A stretch of DNA of 64,000 bases, from positions 12,233,171 to 12,297,170 of the forward strand of contig MU055609.1 in assembly GCA_013239625.1 (NCBI GenBank), read 5' to 3'. This DNA comes from Lama guanicoe. Taxonomy: Eukaryota. Position 1 is the stretch's first letter; each line of letters starts with the position of its first letter. Below, in pieces: positions 54,371 to 64,000 of the stretch. The translations under genes and the position numbers were made by a program. A model generated the notes under the pieces. The model was not told the origin of the DNA, did not search any database, and saw only the letters and a program-made list of their open reading frames with translations.

Positions 54371-54449
54371 GAGCAGTTCCTATTCACCTACACTGTTAAG
54401 CACTTCCTGTGCACTCTAACATCTGGGAGATGGCGTTGCATAATTTTTA

Positions 54450-54870
54450 ATTCAGGTGCCAAACTGCCTTCGTTCGAATATTGGGCTCTGCCATTTACTG
54501 AGACTCTTAAGAAAGTTAATGTCTTTAAGGCTGTTTCCCCATCTGCAGAACGGGGGTTGTAACAACAGTACTCTTAATAGGATTGCTGGGTCAAATTAAT
54601 TTAGATATAAAACTTTATAAAGTAGTCTTCTGCGTAGCACATGTACAGAAAGAATTCGCTGTTATCCTCACAGCAGTCTATGTCAATCAGGCAAACACTG
54701 AGCACTTACTGTTTACCAGGTACTACATTCTGAGAGTTTAGTCTTTGGAGTAAGAATCGTCCCATTTTACAGATGAGGAAACTGAGGTTCAGAGGCTAAA
54801 TGCCGAATAAGACACAGCAAGTCACTGGCATCATCAGTATCAAATCCAGGTCTGAGTTCAGAAGCTGTTA
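54450..54870. mobile_element. MIR fragments
   Basis: ggctctgccatttact...gtttccccatctgcagaacgggg, and cccattttacagatgaggaaactgaggttcagaggctaa. Confidence 0.8.
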
Positions 54871-55872
54871 TTTAGACCCCTCATTCTCCCAGGTTATGTG
54901 TGCTACATTTGGTCATGGCAGGGAGGAGAAAGACACCGGGGTGCCATGTCGTAGGAGAAGAGGACAAAAAGTACGTGAAACATCTCCATACACCCTAAGA
55001 GAAGTGACAAATCAAGAGTAAGGTGAGAATGGGACTGAGGAAGGGTAGGGGAAAGGGGACAGTGACCTCAGGGGATAACATGAAAGGGGGACTGATGCTG
55101 GCTGGTGTAAGAAGAGACTGAATGAGGATAAAGAATGGAGGGCACAGAATTTGTGCAGAGGCTGAGAAAAGAACAGGAAAAAGAGTGAGACAAACATGGG
55201 AATAAACTTCTCCTGTCACCTCCAAGGAGACTCAAGGCTCAGGGATGAGAATGAGTGCTGTCTTGCTCTTGAGATCTTAACTGAGGATAAGACTGGGGTG
55301 CCTGAGAGGCAGTCAGGGTGGAACTCTGATTGAGACAGAAAGAGGGAACCCTCCTAGAGGACAGCAGCAGCTGGCCAGGAGCTGTCCTTGGTCCTGACCA
55401 AGGCCTGACCATCTTGTGCTGGTCAGATACCATAGAGGTGGGGAGCTATGGGTTTGCAGACAACACTAGGGTCTGTCTTCCTCTTCCTCTGGGGGCCAAA
55501 TGCCTCCTCCCCTCCACATGCTAAGCCCACCTTTTTATACCTCTCCTCAACCAAGTGCAATTTGGGTGCCTTTATAATTCCATACAAGAAACCCATCCTA
55601 GAACTCAAAACCACTCTCCATTTCTTCCCCCACAACTGGACCTAGCCCCACCTCACTTCCAGCCCAAGGCCCTAAGTCCTCTATCTAGGAAACCTCCTAT
55701 TCCTTTCAGAAATGAAACTCCTCCACATAGCCTTTCCTCACTGGTCCCATTCTCCCAGCTTATGGACTAGATCAGCCTTTGTTCAGACAGAACAAGACAA
55801 GGCAGAATTAGGGGCCTAGTACTCACCATTGTTGATTAAATAAATGTAAGCGTGCATGAACATTAGGACTAG

Positions 55873-55878
55873 TTTAAT
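55873..55878 (-). terminator. ATTAAA poly(A) signal of IPO13
   Basis: TTTAAT on +, about 320 nt past the stop codon. Confidence 0.65.
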
Positions 55879-56198
55879 GGGAGGGGTGGAACTGCTGACA
55901 CTACCGCAGTCCCTACCAACCCCAAGGGCAATGGCAGTATTCTGAATGGCTCAAACCTAGATGGCTTGGATACAGCACTGCCCCTTCCACCTAGGAGCTA
56001 GAGGTTGGCCCCACCACTCCCTACCAAGCCCTGGGTCCAAGCATTCTCCCATCCTTCCCCTAGGTCTTCTGAGGTCACCCAGTTAGGAGGCAGTGGCAGT
56101 GGAAAGGAAGCATTGACAACAGTGCAGTGAGGATTCAGGTTTACTCTTTGGGAATGGGGAGGGATGAGGAGGAGGTGTGGGTGGGACAAGGGTGCCCC

Positions 56199-59100
56199 TC
56201 AGTAGTCAGCTGTGTAATCTGTGCCATGTAGCCCCCGGCACAGCAGTGTGAACTCTTTCACCATCTCCTTCACCCGCCTCTTGTTTACTCGCTCCCTGAA
56301 GGAGAGAAGGGAGAACAAGTTAGCACCAGCCACCCCTGCCTCCTCCTCTCCCCCAGACCTGAGCCCAGGCCTCGCCAGCTCTGCTTACCGAAGGATCTGT
56401 TGGCTAAAGGTGTCCTTCTGCTCGGGGCTGAGGCGGGCAGAGGGAAAACCAGGTGACTGCAGTGCCTCCTTGATCCACACACTCAGGAGGCTGAAGCAGT
56501 GTTTGTTCAGAGCAAACAGGATGTCGGCAAAGCAGTCCATGAGGCTGCGGGAGGCCTGGCCCCCAATGGCCTGAGGGAGATGGGTTCTCAGCACACTAGG
56601 GCCTCACCCCTTCTGCAGCAAGGGTGCCTAGCCACACCCACCCACCCTTGGACATTTCCTCAGTCAAAGTGCGCATGACAGATGAGTGCTGCTTTTTGAG
56701 AGCCAGCTGATCCTCAAAGCAACTTAACAACAGAATCAGAGAGCTTAGGGAACCAAAAGCTCAAGCTTCCCAGGAGGGCAGCTGCCTCAGCAGTGAGGGC
56801 CTCCCCCCCACGTCAAGCCCCACTTGCTCCATCTCACCTCCAGCACTGCTATGAGCAGCATACGGCCATCCTCCTGTACCACCTTTCCCACAGGTTCTAC
56901 TTCCCCACACCGAGGCAGCAGCTCTGTCTACAGAGGACGGAGAGGCTCGTCAGCCCCAGCTCTTTCCCCCGTCTCCCTGGAGATAAGACCCTGCACACCA
57001 CACCTCTACCCTCTAGAATCCTGGCCAGTGTGGGCCGGGTACAAGGGTGGTGGGGAGTCAGGGGTCAGCATGGAACTCACAAAGAAGCCACAGGAGGCCT
57101 TGACAGTAGGTGCTTCGGGGAACTTGAGGGCCAGCACAGCTGTGGGAAAGGCAGAAGCAGATCAGATGGGGCCCAAGGATCCTCTCGAGGGGGCCCCAGG
57201 CCCACCTGCNNNNNNNNNNNNNNNNNNNNNNNNNNNNNNNNNNNNNNNNNNNNNNNNNNNNNNNNNNNNNNNNNNNNNNNNNNNNNNNNNNNNNNNNNNN
57301 NNNNNNNNNNNNNNNNNNNNNNNNNNNNNNNNNNNNNNNNNCCATCCCCCCACTCACCTGCCACCCAGGCCCCAACTTCACATACCACAAGTAGAGGCTG
57401 CCAAAATCAGCCACCCAGCCATCTCTGGGGGACCCAGACCACTCCAGAGTTCAGTAGATCAGGAGGGAAGCAGCCAAGGGATGCTACATACATGTACGTG
57501 TACATGACCATGGCACAGGTATACATGGGAGAGACTGGGGGTCATAATGCAGAAAGCTTGGGTCCCAAGTAACCCAGAGAAAACACCTTCCCCCCAACCC
57601 TCCATCAGGGCTAGATCTCCTGCAGGCTCCAGGTTGCCAGCAGTGATTTCACTTTGATTCACAAAGGCCTTTGAGGCCCCTGGATCAGTTAACAGGGCAG
57701 CAGGAAGAAAAGATGGCAGCTGGATGTGGAGCCGGGTCGAACAGCCCCCCTCCCATGTCCCACCCACACTCCTCAGGCACTCTCCAGCTTAGAAAGAGGA
57801 AAAGGAGGGCAGGAGCCTGGGAGCCATGGCTCCACCTCTCAGGATCCCCTGTGTCCAGGCCCCTCTCATCCATACCCAGCCCAGGAGGCAGGGCTGCCAT
57901 GTCGGAGGGAGTACAAGGGCAGAGAGCCCACCCCAAGTGGTACCAGGACATGACTGGCACATCGTCAGGTCACAGGAGATGCTCTGCGCAGCCCCCGCAG
58001 TCATCAAGCACTGCTGTTCCCCAGCAGCCCCCCAACACATACCACATCAACCCCTAACCGGCCAGCCCCTCACATACCTTCCACTCCCCCAAGTTCATTC
58101 ATGTGCAAACAGCCCCACGTGCACCCTCATTTGAAATGTCCTACTTACCCTCAAACATACCTCTACCACATCCCTTATACACACCACTCTCCTACATTTG
58201 CAACACACCTTCGCTTCATGTTCACATCCCAATCCCCCCACATCCCCAGGCATGTCCACACACCCACACCCTCAAGCTACCCAGTTCTCCAGCATACATA
58301 CTCTCCCAACGCACACATTCACAGATACACACTCAAACGCCCTCACCCCAAAGATACACCCTCACAGATACCCACATTGACGTCTATCCAGACCCAGAAC
58401 ACACTCCCCATTCCCCTGTCCTCCTGCGCCCCACCCGCCACTGGACCATAAGTTCCAAGAGAGTAAGAGCTGTGCCTGTTTTTGCTCAGCATTATATCCT
58501 CAGCGCCCAGCAGACTACCAACCACGTATTACACAGTCAAAAAGTATTTTTGTTTTTGAATGATTAAGCACAGAAATACATCCTCTGCCCAACCCACAGG
58601 ACTCTCCAAGTCATAGGAACTCGCAAACACACAGGACCCTCATCACACTAACCCCACATTCCCACAGCCCAACACATGTATCTTCCAAAACATATAACCC
58701 ATAATGCAGACATACTGCTGCAATATATACGATCTTCATAACACACACTCCCACAGCCCACTACAGACATGCCTCCAATACATATCAACATTCAAAATCC
58801 ATCAAAGCCTAACGCACATCAACGTACAACATGCATCAATGCACGGGGCCACACTCCAACTACACATTTATCCCAACACCCACCACGATACACATGCTAC
58901 TTAGAGCAGCTATGTGATATCCACTCCCTTCCCAAACTGAACTCAAAACATACAACTAAAGTCTAGCACACTTTAACACACACACCAAACATAAACACAA
59001 CCTAACACTGTCTCACAATGGAGCTAGCACCCCACCTCCCAGCAGCAGCACAACCTGTCCAACAGCCCAGCTCTTGGCTCCATCACAGCACATTCAGCTC

Positions 59101-62100
59101 AGCCCCTCCCTCGGAGCTCCTCCCAGCCTACCTCGGGGAGCAGGCAGGGGACACTGAGGCAGGCAGTTCCCGGCAGGAGCACGGGGACAATAAACCCCAG
59201 GCCCTTCAATTCCGCTCCAGCCCTTGAACTTCTCAGGCACCCCAGCTGCACAGGAGCTGCTGGGCACAGTTGCCACTCCCTCCCTTGGTGACCCCCCAGG
59301 CCAGCCCAGCTCCCTCCCCTTGGGATAAGCCTCTCCCTGGTCTCTGCAGAAGACTGAGCNNNNNNNNNNNNNNNNNNNNNNNNNNNNNNNNNNNNNNNNN
59401 NNNNNNNNNNNNNNNNNNNNNNNNNNNNNNNNNNNNNNNNNNNNNNNNNNNNNNNNNNNNNNNNNNNNNNNNNNNNNNNNNNNNNNNNNNNNNNNNNNNN
59501 NNNNNNNNNNNNNNNNNNNNNNNNNNNNNNNNNNNNNNNNNNNNNNNNNNNNNNNNNNNNNNNNNNNNNNNNNNNNNNNNNNNNNNNNNNNNNNNNNNNN
59601 NNNNNNNNNNNNNNNNNNNNNNNNNNNNNNNNNNNNNNNNNNNNNNNNNNNNNNNNNNNNNNNNNNNNNNNNNNNNNNNNNNNNNNNNNNNNNNNNNNNN
59701 NNNNNNNNNNNNNNNNNNNNNNNNNNNNNNNNNNNNNNNNNNNNNNNNNNNNNNNNNNNNNNNNNNNNNNNNNNNNNNNNNNNNNNNNNNNNNNNNNNNN
59801 NNNNNNNNNNNNNNNNNNNNNNNNNNNNNNNNNNNNNNNNNNNNNNNNNNNNNNNNNNNNNNNNNNNNNAAGTGATCCTGCGGTGCCCGAGCAATGTGGC
59901 TCCCATGTGGCTGCAGAAACAGCCCCCACACTCTTGCTATGGCCTCTGGCACGCTGGGGTGGCCCTACACTGCTTCCTAGCACATACTGCCCCATCACTA
60001 GCCATCAAAGAGGGGGGCAGGGCTGGTGGGAGGCGATCCTTGGTACCTCCTTTGGAGGCCTGGCTGAAGGCCCTGGAAAGGCCAGGGTATCAGTGTCTGC
60101 GCAGGTGTCCCCTCACTTCCATGGCCTTAGGGCCCTTGGTCTAGCCAAGGAAAGGAATCTCTTGTGTTCTCTTAAATCTTCTTGGGTAGGGCAGTGCCCA
60201 GTATGCTATGGGGATGGCCAGGCAAGCCACTGGCAAGGCCTAGGGGAGGGAATTGCATCATGAGGCCAAAAATGAGAGCCCCACCCAGCAAAACCCCTCC
60301 ACATGGACACAGACTCAGCAGAGAGCCAGGCTCAGGGCTGACGACCAGCTTCCACCATCTGGATGCACGAAGAAAGAAGGAAACCAGTCAGCGTGTCACC
60401 CCATGGTGTGGTGGGAAGGCAAATCCCGAGGAAGGGACAGCAAGACTGGGACAGCATAACAGATAAGGGGGCCATATGTCCTGCAAGACAACCAACAAGC
60501 CCAACAAACAGGATGTTGGGCACTATTCTGCCTCCAGTTCTGAGGAGTCCTGTGGCAAGGTGTGTGCCTGGAGCTCCTGCCTGGCTGCTCCACTCTCAGG
60601 AGGAGGTGCTGCAGGAACCTGTGCCTGAGACACCACTAAGGAGCTGTGTGATCTTGCGCAAGCCACAAACGCTCAGTTTTCCCGACTGTCAAGCAGATAA
60701 TAATCTCTCCCCTACTTCCTTCCCCCGGCGGTGAGGAGCCATTGATAAAGCCCATTCCTTTCACATCTGTGCCCCAAGTTAGTCAAGTCCTGGAAAGTGA
60801 GGCCCAATGTGTCCTATGCCTGGGCCCCACTGCAGACAGCAGGTCGGAAGTTCAGCAGCCACCCTGCTAGCGAGGAAGAAAGGCTCTGAGGGCAAGGAGC
60901 CCTCACTCTCCCTTCTTCAAAGGCATCTGATACCTATTCTATGCTGGTCTTGTTCTGAGGGACGCAGAGGGAAGAGACCCAAGCCTGCCCTTGAGGGGCT
61001 TAGTCTAGGGAGAGAGACAGACATGGACGTGGCTTACTGAGTGTGACTGGTGCTGTATCAGCAGTGCATGTACGATGCAGTTTCAGCACGGGGTCAGAAG
61101 CACCCAGTTCTGACTCACAGAAGCTTCTGAGGACTGATGCATGGGAAAGGTGTGGAGAAGTAAAAGTTCACCCAGTAAAGGGCACAGAGTAATCCAGGCA
61201 GAGAAGCACAGCACAGGGATCAAATGGGACACGGAGAGGGGAAAGTTGGTGTGGCTGAACTGTTGGAGCTGTGGGGATGCTGCCAGGGATGGAGGCTGAG
61301 AGGCGTGCCAGAGCCCCATCGTGTGGGTGGGAGCGGGATGATAACCCGAGGGCGATGGGGAACAACGCAAGGGCCTTAAGCCAGGGAGGGAAAATGCTCA
61401 GATATGTGTCTTACAAAAAACAGTACAGCCTCAGGGTGCAGAAAAGGAGAAGAGCAGATGTCAGGGAAACCAGTTAGAAGACTGCTGAGGTGATCCAGCT
61501 GACACCTTACACTGGAGCAGTGGCCGTGGAAGGTAGGGAGAAGTAGGCAGACTGAGGGACCATCAGAACTTGACCCCACCCAGATACCAGGACAAGGAGA
61601 GGTGGAGCTGAGATGACCACACCTGCATTTCTGGCTCAGGTTTCCCCACCACGCTGAACCTACCCCATGGCCCACTGGATCAGAGGCCAGCATCATGGGA
61701 CGAGACACTGAGGACTTAAGCAGAGAGCACTCTAGCTCCAGCTGTGACCCCTGGTGAGCCTCAAACCTGTGACCACAAATCTAGGCAAGATTCATGAGGC
61801 TGACAGAGCAATGTAGTTTCTCTTCCAAGTGAGAAGCCTGGGTGAGGCAGCAGGGGAAGCCTGGAGCCCCCTCCACCCAACCTCTCTCAGACAGAGGCCA
61901 CAGTGAACGGGGGCTGGGACCACAGCCAAAGGCTTTTGGCCTTAAAAGGAGTAAGTCTCAATGCAGGGAAAGGAACCAGCACTTCTGAGTACATTGTGTG
62001 AAATAACCCCAAGCCAGGGGCCTAAAAGACGTTACTTTAGTATCTATCACAATCCCATCAAGTATAGGAAATCTCTATTTCACAGATATGGAAACAAAGG

Positions 62101-63563
62101 CTCTGAAAAAGTAAGTGACTTGCCCAAGGTCACACAACTAGTTGGTGGTGATGAGCTTAGAATCTAGGTCTACCTGACTTCAAAGCCCATGCTCTTCCCA
62201 CTTTTCATTATATCCCAAAGGAAATGGAGCCACCTTGGTGCCCCAAGTCCCTCAGAGCTTCCATCCCCACCTTCCCCCACATCCAAACTGGCCCTGACCC
62301 CAGCAGGCCAGTAGAAGACAGCATTCACTCTCTTGTCCACTTCAACCTAAGGTGTCAACTATTTGTAAGGTGACAACTGTGCTGTGCTTGATCCCGTTAG
62401 TTTCCCATCAAGTCCCAGGTGCAACTTGGGGGAGAGAGGAGAANNNNNNNNNNNNNNNNNNNNNNNNNNNNNNNNNNNNNNNNNNNNNNNNNNNNNNNNN
62501 NNNNNNNNNNNNNNNNNNNNNNNNNNNNNNNNNNNNNNNNNNNNNNNNNNNNNNNNNNNNNNNNNNNNNNNNNNNNNNNNNNNNNNNNNNNNNNNNNNNN
62601 NNNNNNNNNNNNNNNNNNNNNNNNNNNNNNNNNNNNNNNGGAATACTGGTCAGCTGAGGCCCTGGCCCATTAGGACAGGTCAGCATCCCTGGAATGCAGG
62701 TGAGGACCCCTGCCAGAGCAGCCATCCACCTGACTCCACCCACCTACCCAATCCCTGGCCCGATCTCTGACTAGGATCACATCCCAAACACTTCTGCCCC
62801 AATCATAAGGCTCACCTGTCGAGTGAGGTCAAGAGCAGAGGCCTGAGGGATGGTGCTGTACATCCGACCCAGCATCTCACACAGCTGTGGCACCATGGGG
62901 GCAAAGTCGTCCAGCAGCGTCTTAACGGACTTCTCGAAGATAGCGCACACCGCCTGGGAGGAAAGCAAAGGGGCTCTAGAGGGTCAGCGGGTCACCACTG
63001 GCTGGAACGGAACCAAGGCCCCACACTGCAGAGGCCTAAGGGGCCTTACCACAGGCCTCGCCTGGCTCTACAAACCAGGGAAGGGAAGCACATCTGACCC
63101 GCACCCTGGACAGGAGGAGGCTGAGAGGCACTTCCCAGAGGGACAGAGGATAGAACTTTGTAACTTAGCTCTTGCTGCTTACATCTCCACCACTTCCTCA
63201 CAGGGAGCAACAACAGCAAGAAACTCTTGAATTGAAAAGAACCGAGGCAGGTCTGTGATGCTAAAATCAATCCCTGCTGTCACTCGGCCCCAACATCACT
63301 GTCCTTGGGTACCAGGAAGTTCTGAATGTCTTCCCCAAAGGTTTGTTTGTATCTATGGGGCAGGATTCATCTCCTTTATTTCCCTCAGATCATCACAAGC
63401 TGAGATGGGGCAGCAACACTTTCCTTCTGCTCCACCTCTGAGCACAGTCACCATGGGGCAGAGGGCAAGGATCGAGGCTTACCTCCACAACCTGGGCATC
63501 ATTCAGCCATTTGCTCAGCACCTTCTGGATAAGCTGGAAGACCTGCTGCAGTACCACGACCAC
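56199..63563 (-). CDS. IPO13: Importin-13, 3' portion (gene continues beyond the window)
   Basis: Visible exons 63563-63483 (VVVVLQQVFQLIQKVLSKWLNDAQVVE), 62953-62816 (AVCAIFEKSVKTLLDDFAPMVPQLCEML...), 57139-57081, 56927-56838, 56570-56389, 56295-56199 (...LCRGLHGTDYTADY*). The three intervening exons are not visible and probably lie in N-gaps. Confidence 0.96.
60900..61640 (-). mobile_element. L2 fragment (antisense on +)
   Basis: cctgcccttgaggggcttagtctagggaga...gggaaaccagttagaagactgctgaggtgatccag. Boundaries approximate. Confidence 0.6.
62020..62200 (-). mobile_element. MIR fragment
   Basis: tttcacagatatggaaacaaaggctctgaaaaagtaagtgacttgcccaaggtcacacaactag...gtctacctgacttcaaagccc. Confidence 0.85.
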
Positions 63564-64000
63564 CTGAAGACACAGGAAGAAATGAGGTGCCCCCACCTCC
63601 ACTTTCACCCACCTGAGGAGCACTACTTGGCTGCTGAAAGTAGGCCAGGAGTTCAAACCCATTCCCCCAGACTGCAGGTTGAAGACTCAGTGCACGGGAC
63701 CCTGGGGGAAGGAGTGCTTTGCTGAACCCCCATGAATGCAAGAAGATATCCAGAATTCTAGTAATCATTTCAGAGAAAGCCTCAAACTGCAAAGTAGAGA
63801 CATTATGAGTACTTCAGAAGATTATTAAAATTTTGTAACCTTTTAAAAGACTCACTCCCTATCCACTTCTGCTCAGCAAAAGGCCTACGGGCTAACTCCT
63901 GAAGAAGGAGAGATGCTGTCTCACCCAGATAATCTTAGGGTAGAGAGCCCCAAGGGATGCACAGATACAGGCAGCTTATAGGGGAGCAGAGAGCAGCCTG

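Noticed and set aside
61082-61104. Possible REST/RE1 site TTCAGCACGGGGTCAGA
   Set aside because: Poor right half-site and spacing; lies in an L2-like fragment.

Overview
Mammalian (eutherian, apparently non-primate and non-rodent) genomic DNA with ten N-gaps, in the same gene order as human 1p34.1. The + strand carries SLC6A9 (glycine transporter GlyT1), with alternative first exons for GlyT1a and GlyT1b and a relic of the GlyT1c cassette exon. The - strand carries a tight tandem run: the 3' half of IPO13, then DPH2, ATP6V0B, B4GALT2 and CCDC24, which ends tail-to-tail with SLC6A9. Exons were placed by hand from GT/AG sites, reading phase and protein sequences recalled from memory. One SLC6A9 exon and three IPO13 exons are absent from called sequence and most likely sit in N-gaps. 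Recognisable interspersed repeats are old (L2, MIR, MER3, MER45A). The best leads are: (1) a degenerate ~14-copy, 34-bp-period tandem array built from the L2 3' terminus in an SLC6A9 intron; (2) a GlyT1c-like exon with a compensating +1/-1 frameshift pair that keeps it in frame; (3) paired ATF4-type elements plus two uORFs in the GlyT1a leader; (4) overlapping bidirectional poly(A) hexamers at the SLC6A9/CCDC24 junction; (5) three uORFs in the B4GALT2 leader. I found no evidence for a wholly new gene or multi-gene system.
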